Shown here: positions 26,895-36,608 of the stretch, in pieces
How positions within the stretch are numbered: the first letter of the stretch is position 1
How the letters are laid out: each line of letters begins with the position of its first letter
Virus record (IMG/VR): IMGVR_UViG_3300046810_000338
Location: 124,001-188,000 of that record
Direction: 5' to 3' (one strand)
DNA: 64,000 nt
Notes under the pieces: generated by a model
Told to the model about the DNA's origin: nothing
The model's database searches: none
What the model saw: only the letters and a program-made list of their open reading frames with translations
Translations under genes and position numbers: made by a program

Positions 26895-27314
26895 TTAAAT
26901 TCCTATCGGGTATCGGCAGAACAGCTCACGAATGAGTTTAGTCGACCAATTGAAAAAGAAGGGTGTTCTGGCATGCAGGGAAACAAACCCATGTGCACCC
27001 AGACCATATCTCGCACGCTCCAAACGAATCGCTTCCATTTCTTGGAAGAGACGATGACAATGGTCGTGAACAGACCACTCTCCACCCAGCGCGCGGTAAG
27101 TGGTTAGCTCCTCCAACTTAACGTGCAGTTGATCTTCCTGAACGATCCCCAACATCCTCATGACAGCATTGCCCCAACCATCCCGAAGCTCCATAAGGCT
27201 GCGGCTGATAGACGGGGCACCGCTAGGGTAGCTGGATAGGTCGGCCCGGTAGCCCTCATTGCCTGGCGGAAGTGCTGAACCTTTCGTGGTTAACGGTGCT
27301 TTATTCCAACTCAT
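26895..27314 (-). CDS. Hypothetical protein
   Basis: 139 aa in a tightly packed minus-strand cluster. Confidence 0.5.
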   Translation of the reverse strand: MSWNKAPLTTKGSALPPGNEGYRADLSSYPSGAPSISRSLMELRDGWGNAVMRMLGIVQEDQLHVKLEELTTYRALGGEWSVHDHCHRLFQEMEAIRLERARYGLGAHGFVSLHARTPFFFNWSTKLIRELFCRYPIGI

Positions 27315-27645
27315 CTTTCACCTCCATCAATTTATCCAGACGATCTGTCAGGGGCTTGGAGAGCCCACAGTCCTCTGGAGCGGTCACACGAGAGGCCATC
27401 CACATCTCGGCCCACTGATCATTACGAACGCGCTGCTTGAGCCACGCAACGCGGTTGGCGAAGTTCTCTTGTTGATCATCGCCGGTGAGGTGAGCCGTAA
27501 CGCAGAACGCCACCAGATTGGGTCTGGAGGTCAGAGGCCTTGACTGCTGCGCAGCATCCATCAGTTCCTGGATGTTGTAACTGTTGTCAAAGCTTTTCAG
27601 AGCCTTGGCGTTACGGCGTTTTGCTTTCTGGCGACGGTTGGTCAT
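27301..27645 (-). CDS. Hypothetical protein with basic N-terminus
   Basis: GAGGAGG RBS; MTNRRQKAKRRNAK. Confidence 0.6.
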   Translation of the reverse strand: MTNRRQKAKRRNAKALKSFDNSYNIQELMDAAQQSRPLTSRPNLVAFCVTAHLTGDDQQENFANRVAWLKQRVRNDQWAEMWMASRVTAPEDCGLSKPLTDRLDKLMEVKDELE

Positions 27646-28249
27646 CCTGCCTCCTCGTAGTGATGATCATGTACTCGGGGGTGAGAATAACGGTTGGCCC
27701 GTGAGACTCGCCGATGTTGGCCAAGGCAGCTGCCCAGTTGGACGCAGTCAGCATTTCATCAGCAGATGCCTTGACTGCTGCTTCGTAGGCATCGACGGCA
27801 CCGTTAGTCGCCATGCGGTGCAGCATCTGATCGGACTTGACCTTGAACTCATCCTGGGTAAGTTCTGTCTTGCCGCCGTACTGGGCCCAGACCTGTTCAG
27901 AGATTCGACTAAGGTCCTTGGCGATCTGCTGGGTCATCATGTCGTGGAGGACGCTTGTATCGTCCATCTTTGTTACGGGACCTTTCCACGCCTCGCCCTG
28001 ATTATAATCGACGGCACCAGGCTTCGGTAGTTGTTCCCACAACGCCGCTTGCCAGAACTTGTAGATAAAAAACAGACACAGCACCAACCAGACCAAATAG
28101 AGAGCGCCTGAGGTCTGACTGTCTTCGATGCTGTCAGAGCACTTTTTAGCCAGCCACGCAACTGCGATTATGTGTCCACCGGCGCACAGAAACAGATAGG
28201 CTACCCACAGTGCGGGCAGCGTTTTGAGGTAATCATTTATCCGACGCAT
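27611..28249 (-). CDS. Membrane protein
   Basis: Two N-terminal hydrophobic helices; GGAGA RBS. Confidence 0.6.
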   Translation of the reverse strand: MRRINDYLKTLPALWVAYLFLCAGGHIIAVAWLAKKCSDSIEDSQTSGALYLVWLVLCLFFIYKFWQAALWEQLPKPGAVDYNQGEAWKGPVTKMDDTSVLHDMMTQQIAKDLSRISEQVWAQYGGKTELTQDEFKVKSDQMLHRMATNGAVDAYEAAVKASADEMLTASNWAAALANIGESHGPTVILTPEYMIITTRRQDDQPSPESKTP

Positions 28250-28670
28250 CGTCGTTCTCCGACTTACGGGTTAGTGGAAGGGGGAAGTATTCTGGGATGT
28301 ACAACACCGTGCCAAAGCTCAACGGGTCGGACTTCCAGACTTCCGGGACTTTCACAAAATTGGTGACCGGTACTTCGCTGACACCGTTTTCGCGGGTGAA
28401 TCGGCCGTCGTCATGCATCGTGACCTTGACGTATTCCAGCTGTCTGGTCAGTGCACTGACAGGGTTATCGGCATTCCAGTCAATACTGAAAGTGACGATG
28501 TCGCCATCGGTGAAATACAGTTCGCCCGTCGAGACCGCAACAGGATAAAGGCTTTCTGGATCAATCCCATGCTTTTCACATTCCGAGCGCAGAATGTCAA
28601 GCATGGCTTTTGGAGAAGTGAGATCACCCTTTGGGACTTCCAAAATATCACGGGTCATAGTCTGCACCAT
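28233..28670 (-). CDS. Hypothetical protein
   Basis: 145 aa, overlapping-coupled to its neighbours. Confidence 0.55.
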   Translation of the reverse strand: MVQTMTRDILEVPKGDLTSPKAMLDILRSECEKHGIDPESLYPVAVSTGELYFTDGDIVTFSIDWNADNPVSALTRQLEYVKVTMHDDGRFTRENGVSEVPVTNFVKVPEVWKSDPLSFGTVLYIPEYFPLPLTRKSENDDASDK

Positions 28671-29164
28671 TTTTCGTTAACAAGGTGGAAGAACACCATC
28701 GATTGAGAACCACGATGGAGTTCTATTTTCAGGATCGGGATGTCCAACACGTTGTGGATGAAGTCATTGACGGTGAGTTCAAACGCAGCGGTCGAGAGCA
28801 CCTCGGACTTGGCGTACCGTGCGAACACCGCTGCTGCCAGAGTGGACAAAGACTGGCGCAGCGCGTACCGATGTTCAGGATTGCTTTTGGCCATAGCCAT
28901 CCACTTCTTGACAAAGGCTGCTTCACTCAACAGTTTGGCCAAGCCGTCATCGGGCGGAATAGCTGGCTCTGATGTCTGACCAAGTTCCAGAGACTTGACC
29001 ATGGGTAGGGCGATGGCAGGAGTGCCCCAGCGCATCACCTGGAAGAAGTACGGCAGATTAACACGCACCTCCTCTACAATGCGATGCTTCTGTTCCTCGG
29101 TCAGGTCAGGGCTCCATGGATCAACCCCAACCAATGATTTATCTTTCAGAGTAACGTTAGACAT
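28655..29164 (-). CDS. Protein with an N-terminal terminase-large-subunit-like motif
   Basis: LVGVDPWSPDLTEEQKHRIVEEVRVNLPYFFQVMR resembles the recalled jumbo-phage terminase N-terminal segment (GVDP.DP.LT.EQK..I..E...NPWYFFRE..R). No ATPase motifs. Confidence 0.5.
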   Translation of the reverse strand: MSNVTLKDKSLVGVDPWSPDLTEEQKHRIVEEVRVNLPYFFQVMRWGTPAIALPMVKSLELGQTSEPAIPPDDGLAKLLSEAAFVKKWMAMAKSNPEHRYALRQSLSTLAAAVFARYAKSEVLSTAAFELTVNDFIHNVLDIPILKIELHRGSQSMVFFHLVNEKWCRL

Positions 29165-29321
29165 GTTCGATTCCCAGTTTGTGAATGATGTCGCGAGTCA
29201 TCGCATTGACTTCTGACCAGTAAGCTGGCATTGTCGGGAGGAGGCAGTGCCGAATTCTGACCTCTATCTTTCCCCGACCATTAGACAATGTCCCGCGATA
29301 AAGCAGCCTGCCTGGAAACAT
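29157..29321 (-). CDS. 54-aa small protein (not in the ORF track)
   Basis: GAGGA RBS; MFPGRLLYRGTLSNGRGKIEVRIRHCLLPTMPAYWSEVNAMTRDIIHKLGIEHV*. It fills the gap between two genes exactly. Confidence 0.55.
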   Translation of the reverse strand: MFPGRLLYRGTLSNGRGKIEVRIRHCLLPTMPAYWSEVNAMTRDIIHKLGIEHV

Positions 29322-29323
29322 GA

Positions 29324-29809
29324 CTATTCCTCGTTTGGGACATACGGCGGAATGGCTAGGATTTCGGCAAGGGTGTAAACGGAGATTACGTCGAGACGGA
29401 GGATAAAGAGTAGCAGGTTATCCTCTGTTGCCAACTCGATCATGTGGTTGTCCCCGAACCGCTGCTTGCAGTAATCGCGGAGCATGGCACACATACCTCC
29501 CAACGTAGAAGGTAGGTTATTCGCGTGTATGAAGAGCGCCCGTTGAATGGCTCCGTAAAAACCTACTCGCCACATGGCCTCAGCGGATTTCAGAGCGACG
29601 TCTTCCGTATAGACCGTTGTAAATGTCGTTGGATAAGGAGAAGGCTCCTTACCGCCCCGTACTTCTGCCAGGGCGGCATCGAGCCGCTCTTTTAGCTCTG
29701 GCTTAAGGTACAGGCCACCGTCCGCCGTTACCCCAACCCGACTGTCTTGCGGCTGGCTTGGGTCTTTGGTAGCCCGGTATGTTTCAAAAGCGGTGCTGGA
29801 CTTATTCAT
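29324..29809 (-). CDS. Hypothetical protein
   Basis: 161 aa, ATGA-type overlap with the upstream gene. Confidence 0.55.
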   Translation of the reverse strand: MNKSSTAFETYRATKDPSQPQDSRVGVTADGGLYLKPELKERLDAALAEVRGGKEPSPYPTTFTTVYTEDVALKSAEAMWRVGFYGAIQRALFIHANNLPSTLGGMCAMLRDYCKQRFGDNHMIELATEDNLLLFILRLDVISVYTLAEILAIPPYVPNEE

Positions 29810-30123
29810 TTGATTCTACTCTCGAAGTTTTCAGAGATAATCCTTTCTACCAAAGCCTGGCTCTGTTTCAGAGCCGGAGTCGCCGGCCAAAGCGCTTCTG
29901 CCTGTGTGCGGTTGAGCCTGAACTGCTTGAACTTCGGTACGCGGTCGTACCAGAAGTGACCCCGGTCAGTGACCAGCACGGTGGAGCGGTTGCGGGTAAG
30001 CCCGATGTGGTAAACCCGCTTGCTCCCGATGTTGACGCCATGCTCATCGAGGAAGCACAGTTGAACAAAGTCGGTGGGCACCAGAGTGCCCATTACGTTG
30101 ATACCAGGATTGTTAGGAATCAT
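29806..30123 (-). CDS. Hypothetical protein
   Basis: 105 aa, coupled to the sbcC stop. Confidence 0.55.
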   Translation of the reverse strand: MIPNNPGINVMGTLVPTDFVQLCFLDEHGVNIGSKRVYHIGLTRNRSTVLVTDRGHFWYDRVPKFKQFRLNRTQAEALWPATPALKQSQALVERIISENFESRIK

Positions 30124-32597
30124 TCGATTATCACCTGAGTGTTGCAGCCATCCGGCCGAGTTATGTTGCGGTCATCCAATACCACAAACTCGGCCTGATT
30201 AAATGAGCCGTACATCGCAGAGTAGTGACTGACCATGAAAAGTTGACTGAACCGCTGTTGGTCCATCAGCGACTTGATGTAACTCACCAGACGCTCGCGG
30301 TGCTCTTCATCGAAGTCTTTACCGAACTCATCCGCCAGCAGAGGATAGTCGACCAGACCTAACAGCTCCATGGCTACAAGCTTGAAAGCAAAGTCAAACA
30401 TGCTGACCTGCCCGGTTGAACCATCGGAGAAGTCCTCCACTGACTGATCACTGTCGCGCATGATGATAGGAAACTTGCAAGTAAGACTGGCACCGTCTTC
30501 AATGACAGCGTCTACTTCCATGCTGTAGCTCCACACCATCCCCACATGTTCGTTAAGCATGCGTTGGAAGTGCCCAATGAAGTTCTTCACCGTCTCAGCG
30601 ATAATGCCTTCAGTGGGCGACAGGGCGCGTGCAATCAACTTGAATGCCGAATGCTTCTCATCACACTCGATGATCTGTTCCCGGTTGTTTTCATACCGAG
30701 TTGTCAGATCGCGATAGCGTTGAGTTTGGGTGTGCAAAACACCCAGACGAGCCATCGCATTGTCACGAATGGTTTCCAACCCATCTTCTTGCATGGCCCG
30801 ATCAGCAATGGCTTTGTACATGTCGAAGTCGGCCAGAGCATGCTGCATTTCCTCAACGAGTTTATCCAACTTCTCCAGATGGTAAATCTCTTCGCTGATA
30901 GCCCCGCAATCGCCAACCATGTCACGCATCAGATTGGACTTGGAGAAGATCTGAGATTCGAGCAGATCAGACCGAGCCAACAGGAACTTAGGGTCGCCCG
31001 AGTTCTGAATCAGATCCATCCTCGATTGCAGGTCAGCCAAATGCAAACCGACTCGCTGCATCCTCACCTGGTTGTTGAGACGACGAATGGTCTCAGCCAA
31101 CAGAGTAGCAATGGTTGCAGGAGAGTTACGTACCAACTGATCGTCAGACACCTTGTCCCAGAAAGCACCCAATGCCTTGGAGGCATGGCGCAGTCGGGAC
31201 AGTTCGCCCAGCTTAAAGCTGTAGCCGGTGAAGTCTTCAATCTGAACGCTCAGACCATCCAACTGGGTGGTGAGCGCAGCGCACAGGTTACGCGTCTCTG
31301 TGACCTTGGCCTGCATCCTGTTCAACAGGTCAGGGTCCCAGCCTGGCTTAAACGCAGTGCTGCATTTAGGGCAGTTGGTTTCTGGGGTATGGCCTGCATG
31401 TTCCAGTTGGCCTTCCAGCTTGCTAACCAGATTCTGTCCTTCCAGCAGTTGTTGTGACAACCGCTTGTGACGCTCTGTGTTGGCCGTGTACTCGCCACGG
31501 GTGTATGTGTTGGCAGAGTTGACGGGAATCGTTGCACAGAGCTCTGAGAGGCTTACCTGAATGCCTTCTGCAATGGCCAGCAGACCTTCTGGGTTTTCTC
31601 CACGGCAATCGTAGTCAGAGCCTTGAGTTTTGAGATAAGCAATCTCCCCTTCTGCCTCTGCAATGCTGGCAGTCAGAATAGAAGGATCATCCAGAGCTGA
31701 TCGTCCAACGTGACGAATCAGCGACTGAATACCTTCCAGTGCTTTCTCATGCTCGTTGCATTCGCCACGCATCAGCATCATGCGATCACGCAGTTTAACC
31801 AGATCGGCTTCCAACTGCACTTTGGACTTACCGGCCATGGCTTCTGGTCTACGGATGGTCTCAGCCAGAATGGTGTCAGAGCGTTGACGAATGGTCTTGT
31901 AGGCTTCCAGCATGCGGGTGATGGTCTTTTCGCTGTGACCTTCCACAATGCGACCGGCCAATAGCCCACCTACCTGAGCTGCAATCTCTTTGAGCTGCAA
32001 GACCTCATCATCTTTAGTCTTGTAGTCTTCTTCCAGAGACTCAATCTCTTCAGCCATCTTCTTGGTGTTTTCCAAGAGGTAGTTGATAGTCCCTTGCAGG
32101 TCCCGTGCTTTGACACGGAACCGCTCATGCAACTGTGTAGCGAAGGTGAAGTCGGTGCCACTGATCCGCATCAGCCACTCGCGACGCAGTGCAGAACTCA
32201 TCCGGGAGAAACGCAGTTTGCCAGTCACCAGGTCAATGATGTCCTGAGTCAGGTTCACATGTTTCTCAACCAGTTCGCGCTGAGTGGCCTGAGTGCCACC
32301 GTCATTAAGGTTGACACCATTCAACCAGAACTCATGGTACCCGGCCTTAACTTTATAGAGGCTGAAGACCCGGATAATCTGGTTCTCATGATCGAAGGTA
32401 TGATCGTACGAACCCCCTGGAGCAAAGTGCTTGCCCTCAGGTACCAGATTCATAATGGCTCTTAGCAAAGAACTCTTGCCCGCACCATTGCTACCCAGGA
32501 TAACCTGTTCCAGTGCTTCTGGGGTATAAGTGAACTGTCTGATGTTGCTCAACGAAAAACGTTTGTAGCCGACGAGTATAAGGCTGGTGGTGCGCAT
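30120..32597 (-). CDS. sbcC: SbcC/Rad50-like SMC ATPase (phiKZ gp165-like)
   Basis: Walker A GSNGAGKSS, coiled coils with CPKC zinc hook, signature-like FSDGSTGQ, Walker B LLADEFG, H-loop MVSH. Probable start ATG 32597. Confidence 0.9.
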   Translation of the reverse strand: MRTTSLILVGYKRFSLSNIRQFTYTPEALEQVILGSNGAGKSSLLRAIMNLVPEGKHFAPGGSYDHTFDHENQIIRVFSLYKVKAGYHEFWLNGVNLNDGGTQATQRELVEKHVNLTQDIIDLVTGKLRFSRMSSALRREWLMRISGTDFTFATQLHERFRVKARDLQGTINYLLENTKKMAEEIESLEEDYKTKDDEVLQLKEIAAQVGGLLAGRIVEGHSEKTITRMLEAYKTIRQRSDTILAETIRRPEAMAGKSKVQLEADLVKLRDRMMLMRGECNEHEKALEGIQSLIRHVGRSALDDPSILTASIAEAEGEIAYLKTQGSDYDCRGENPEGLLAIAEGIQVSLSELCATIPVNSANTYTRGEYTANTERHKRLSQQLLEGQNLVSKLEGQLEHAGHTPETNCPKCSTAFKPGWDPDLLNRMQAKVTETRNLCAALTTQLDGLSVQIEDFTGYSFKLGELSRLRHASKALGAFWDKVSDDQLVRNSPATIATLLAETIRRLNNQVRMQRVGLHLADLQSRMDLIQNSGDPKFLLARSDLLESQIFSKSNLMRDMVGDCGAISEEIYHLEKLDKLVEEMQHALADFDMYKAIADRAMQEDGLETIRDNAMARLGVLHTQTQRYRDLTTRYENNREQIIECDEKHSAFKLIARALSPTEGIIAETVKNFIGHFQRMLNEHVGMVWSYSMEVDAVIEDGASLTCKFPIIMRDSDQSVEDFSDGSTGQVSMFDFAFKLVAMELLGLVDYPLLADEFGKDFDEEHRERLVSYIKSLMDQQRFSQLFMVSHYSAMYGSFNQAEFVVLDDRNITRPDGCNTQVIIE

Positions 32598-32659
32598 GGC
32601 TAAATCCTGTGGCTGGGCATTCTCTAATAAAGTGCCCCTAATCTTTAGGAGATAACATC

Positions 32660-33580
32660 GTGGAAGATGATCGCGATCTATCAAAGTTTAAGCTCTATTC
32701 ACTGGGCACCGCGGTCGATAACAATGACTTTGGACTGTGGGATATTGAAGTTACTCCCATTGAACAGCTCAACCAATTGGATGGCGTCTTGGTTAACCAG
32801 GGCGTGTCTATAGAAAGCTCTGGGACCGACTCTGCGGGCAATGCTTACGCAGACAAGGCTGTGACCTCAACTACCATTAAAGCCACCTGGATGGGCTTAG
32901 GGGAGTCTAACAGACGTACCGCACCTAACGTGGTATCGGGCGAAGAGATTCTCATCTACACCTACGAACAGACAGGCGTCTACTATTGGACGTGTCGGCA
33001 CAGTAACAACAATCGTCGTCGATTGGAAACGGTGGTTATGGCCTGGAGCGGTTCATCTGCCAGTGGCGAGAAGGCAATGAACGACGACGATAGCTACATG
33101 TTGGAAGTCAGCACGCATAAGAAGCGAGTGCTCTTCACTAACAGCCGTGCCAACGGTGAGCTGAGTAAATTCAACATTGCCAGCGATCCAGGGGTAGGTA
33201 AGTTCACAGTGGCCGACGATCACGACAACGAGGTCACCATGGATTCGTTGGAGAACCGTGTCACACTCATCACTGGTAACGACTGTGAGGTCACTCTCAA
33301 AGGGACCAACCTTGACATTACAGTGCCAGGCAATGAGACCCACACGATCCAAGGCAATCTGAACATCACTGTAAATGGCAATGCCTTGGTTAACGTGAAA
33401 GGCAATGCTACTGTGACGGTGGCCGGGTCAGTTGACTACACCGCCGCCAGCATGGCTTTCAAAGCAGCCAACTTTACCTACACAGGTATCTTTGAAATCC
33501 AAGGTACGCTAAACGTGACCGGTGCAACCACGTTGAACGGTGCAAGCAGTCCTCTTCCAATCACTGCTCCAAACATTTGA
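32660..33580 (+). CDS. Baseplate central spike / Gp5-like beta-helix protein (phiKZ gp164-like)
   Basis: AGGAG RBS with GTG start. N-terminal OB-fold-like region (IKATWMGLGESNRRTAPNV) and C-terminal beta-helix repeats (NETHTIQGNLNITVNGNALVNVKGNATVTVAG). Confidence 0.75.
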   Translation: MEDDRDLSKFKLYSLGTAVDNNDFGLWDIEVTPIEQLNQLDGVLVNQGVSIESSGTDSAGNAYADKAVTSTTIKATWMGLGESNRRTAPNVVSGEEILIYTYEQTGVYYWTCRHSNNNRRRLETVVMAWSGSSASGEKAMNDDDSYMLEVSTHKKRVLFTNSRANGELSKFNIASDPGVGKFTVADDHDNEVTMDSLENRVTLITGNDCEVTLKGTNLDITVPGNETHTIQGNLNITVNGNALVNVKGNATVTVAGSVDYTAASMAFKAANFTYTGIFEIQGTLNVTGATTLNGASSPLPITAPNI

Positions 33581-33583
33581 CAG

Positions 33584-33629
33584 CATAATTCCCTCCTTCC
33601 CCTAATGAGGAAGGAGGGAATGGCCTATG
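33584..33629. terminator. Bidirectional hairpin with CATA/TATG flanks
   Basis: ATTCCCTCCTTCC(33588-33600)/GGAAGGAGGGAAT(33609-33621) between convergent genes. Confidence 0.7.
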
Positions 33630-34491
33630 CCGTGTACACGTATTCAGCTGGGGCTGGAGCATCTTCGCCAGCGACATGCCAGTTACGACCTTCGGCCAAC
33701 ACACCGTCGGTTTTGATCAGGCACTCGTTGAAACCATTGTTTGGCGTCATGGTAATAATGCTGCGGCGGCCAGTGTGTTTGTCGAAGTCGATTTCGCCGA
33801 TCCATTTGCCTTGGGCGTTGAAGTACGGAATCAGAGCTTCCAGCAGAATCTTCGACCAGTTCTCGAAGCCTGCACCGGTTTCCAGGTCGTCCAACAGATC
33901 ACGCAACGAAAACATGCCACGAATGATCTGATTAGGCTCTTTACTTTCGATGACGCTACCGGCCGGCAGAGTAGCAACCGACAACGCAGCGAAGTGGATT
34001 TGACCGATGGCGTTGGAGTTGTCGTTGATCCAGCCGAAATGAGAGTAGACTGTGGGGTGCATGCCCGACCCACGAGGCTTGATGATCTCGATCTCTTCTG
34101 CACCCACTTCACGCTCACGGCTGGCTTCCAGGGAAGCGAAGAAGTCGGTGTTACCTTCCCCGTCGCTACGCCGGTCGGTGGCAAAGTCAACGTGACCACT
34201 GTAGCCGAGGGAGTACAGGCCCATCAGTTTTTCTTCGCCAACAGTTTTGGCCCGTTGATAGACAGAGAGCAGATCAGGCTTGTTCTGGTCATCATTGAGG
34301 ATGATGAAGAAGGTGTAGTCGATGGGTTGTTTCTCTGTGGCCCGAGCCTTGAGCACGGCCCGGTCTTCCCAGACAGCATCACCGGATACAGCACAACCGA
34401 AACCTTCGCGGGTCTGCGTGCTGTCCAGAAACAGTTGGTCCAGCAGATCGTCTACGGCTTCGCGTGGATAAGCCAATACTACTTCACCCAT
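33625..34491 (-). CDS. NUDIX-fold hydrolase (COG4112-like)
   Basis: KQPIDY, VYQRAKTVGEEKLMGLYSLGYSGHVD, REVGAEE and GWINDNSNAIGQIHF match the recalled pattern KQ.IPY / Y.R....GE.RL.G..SIG.GGHI / RE..EE / G.INDD...VG.VH. AAGGAG RBS before ATG 34491. Confidence 0.65.
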   Translation of the reverse strand: MGEVVLAYPREAVDDLLDQLFLDSTQTREGFGCAVSGDAVWEDRAVLKARATEKQPIDYTFFIILNDDQNKPDLLSVYQRAKTVGEEKLMGLYSLGYSGHVDFATDRRSDGEGNTDFFASLEASREREVGAEEIEIIKPRGSGMHPTVYSHFGWINDNSNAIGQIHFAALSVATLPAGSVIESKEPNQIIRGMFSLRDLLDDLETGAGFENWSKILLEALIPYFNAQGKWIGEIDFDKHTGRRSIITMTPNNGFNECLIKTDGVLAEGRNWHVAGEDAPAPAEYVYTA

Positions 34492-34558
34492 GGGGTTACT
34501 CCTTTTGCGTGATTGAAGGTACGTACAAACTATCCCTCCCTTCAATTTCATTTAACGG

Positions 34559-34592
34559 CATAACTCTCCCCCACTCGGGGGAGAGCCTTATG
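34559..34592. terminator. Hairpin with CATA/TATG flanks
   Basis: CTCTCCCCC(34564-34572)/GGGGGAGAG(34577-34585). Confidence 0.65.
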
Positions 34593-35211
34593 TCGTGGCT
34601 GGTTTAACAATGCCCGATTGAAGAATGATCTGCTCGTAGCGTGCAGCCAAAGCAGTAGCCTTGTTCAATTGGTCTTGCAGGGTTTGGTTCTGAGCGTAGT
34701 GAGTAGTGCGACCACGGATGGCTGCAATACGGTTCTGCTCAAAGCTCTCTGCCTGCTCAGGAGTCAGCAGCCCGGTGATAGGTGCTGTGAACTGCTGTAC
34801 ATCGCTTTGCAGCCCGGTCAAGTCACTGACCAGTGCTACGATCTCGGCGGTCACGTAGGTAAGGTCCAGGCCGTCTGGCAGAATACCAATGTCCACTCCA
34901 ATCACCATCCGACTGAAACCTTCCCCAACCGTGGTTGGGGCAGACAGGATGTAGGTGGTTGGAATGATAACCGTCGGATGCTCGTCTGCCTGCAATGTAA
35001 CCAGGCTGGTAGCATTTACCCGATCAGAGTCATAGGTCGCCTGGTCCAGACCCATGGGCGCATAGTAGTTGGCAAAGATATCAATGCCCGCTGCCTGCAC
35101 CTCACGGAAACTACGAATGGCGGTGGCCGTGTAACTAACATCTGCCACCAACGCAAACGGAGCTTGGACCTCGAACTTACCCCGTGCATAGATAAGAACT
35201 GAAGTTGCCAT
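34588..35211 (-). CDS. Virion structural protein (conserved in phiKZ-like phages)
   Basis: AAGGAG RBS. GKFEVQAPF, IRSFREV and VTLQ...HPTVIIPTTYILSAP are recalled as family motifs. Confidence 0.6.
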   Translation of the reverse strand: MATSVLIYARGKFEVQAPFALVADVSYTATAIRSFREVQAAGIDIFANYYAPMGLDQATYDSDRVNATSLVTLQADEHPTVIIPTTYILSAPTTVGEGFSRMVIGVDIGILPDGLDLTYVTAEIVALVSDLTGLQSDVQQFTAPITGLLTPEQAESFEQNRIAAIRGRTTHYAQNQTLQDQLNKATALAARYEQIILQSGIVKPATT

Positions 35212-35222
35212 TACTTATCTCC

Positions 35223-36560
35223 TTACTGGGATACCACGACTGGGTTCTTCTCCAACATCGATTCACGGGACACCACGATCAGACTGGTCCGCTCGTAGGT
35301 GCAGGTGACATAAAGAATGTCATCGCGAACCAACCGCAGGAACCCACGAGGCACCGAAGTACGCACGGTCATGGTCTCTGCAATCTGAAGCATTTGGTTA
35401 AGCAAGACGATGAACTTCTGAGTCGCATCGTCCATGCGGCGAAAGTCAATCGAGCTGGTGCTGACCGAGATGTAGTCTTTCCAGCGCTGGTTGATCTGGT
35501 TCTGGCCATCACGGTTGTGGTAGCCACCGATCACGTTGATGTGCAGCGACTTATACACCGAGCTGATGATCGACATGTTGTCGTTCACGTAAGCATCGGT
35601 ATAGCCGGTGCCACGAATCACCAACTTAGCCGCAGCGATAGCCGTAGACAGTTTGGAGATAGGTGAATAGATGCCACCGTTGACCGCATCTTCTGCCATG
35701 GCAATCTGCTGCCAGCTAGGCGCAAAGATGAACTCGGTTGCACTGAAGATGTCGGGGAAGATAACCTGCCACTGGTCTTCGGTGTACGCGGTGTTCGCCA
35801 TGATGTATTCTTGCAGCGCTCGGCGGTTGGCGTCAATGTTACGACCGCCATCACCGTAGGTCAGCACTGGCCATGGAAACGGAATACGGATAGCATCGTT
35901 GGTAGGATCGTGCCACTCGTATTCCTCAGTGACGATCTGAGAAGGAGGGTTACGGCCTTGAGCAATGTTGACCCGAGCCATGATGTCAACGACACCGACC
36001 TCGTTAGTCAGCAGAGCCTGCACGGCGGTTGCGCTGTCGAAGAAACGGTCGATGTTTTCAATCGGCGGTACAACACGGGTTTCCCACAGGTCATACTCGT
36101 TGATCCAATGCTCGTCGGCAAACCAGACCTTGGCCTGATAAGGGGCAGTGGTTGAGGTGCCTTCAAACTGGATATAGCTTGGGAACCAACGGTTGCCGTC
36201 GGTGACCATGACGCCCACGTCAACGTTCTGCAACTGCTCCTGCCACTGGCCCTGGATGTATTCCTTGACTGGGATAGTCTCATCACCCATCAGCCCAGAT
36301 TCGGCGTGACCATAAAGGTTTTCCATGATCTCGATCAGGAAAGCAGAAATGGCTGGCGGTACTACAACGTCCTGCGTGGTGGTCGCTGTCAGTTCGTTGA
36401 AGGAGGCAAACGTCAGCAGGTGACTGTTGGCTCCTTTATAGATCCCTCGATCAATAGCAAAGGTAGCCCCATACAAGGATAGCTCGCCAATTGGGTTGAC
36501 CAGGTTCGGCTGGTTGTTGGCGTAGATTGGAAACTCGCCAAATGCTTTTACACGATACAT
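35223..36560 (-). CDS. Virion structural protein (phiKZ gp157-like)
   Basis: AAGGGAG RBS. MYRVKAF, PIGELS, IFPDIFSATEFIFAP and C-terminal YVTCTYERTSLIVVSR. Confidence 0.65.
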   Translation of the reverse strand: MYRVKAFGEFPIYANNQPNLVNPIGELSLYGATFAIDRGIYKGANSHLLTFASFNELTATTTQDVVVPPAISAFLIEIMENLYGHAESGLMGDETIPVKEYIQGQWQEQLQNVDVGVMVTDGNRWFPSYIQFEGTSTTAPYQAKVWFADEHWINEYDLWETRVVPPIENIDRFFDSATAVQALLTNEVGVVDIMARVNIAQGRNPPSQIVTEEYEWHDPTNDAIRIPFPWPVLTYGDGGRNIDANRRALQEYIMANTAYTEDQWQVIFPDIFSATEFIFAPSWQQIAMAEDAVNGGIYSPISKLSTAIAAAKLVIRGTGYTDAYVNDNMSIISSVYKSLHINVIGGYHNRDGQNQINQRWKDYISVSTSSIDFRRMDDATQKFIVLLNQMLQIAETMTVRTSVPRGFLRLVRDDILYVTCTYERTSLIVVSRESMLEKNPVVVSQ

Positions 36561-36608
36561 AGTCGCTCCCTTAATTAGAACAGAACTACTCTATGATAGC
36601 CATGTTTG

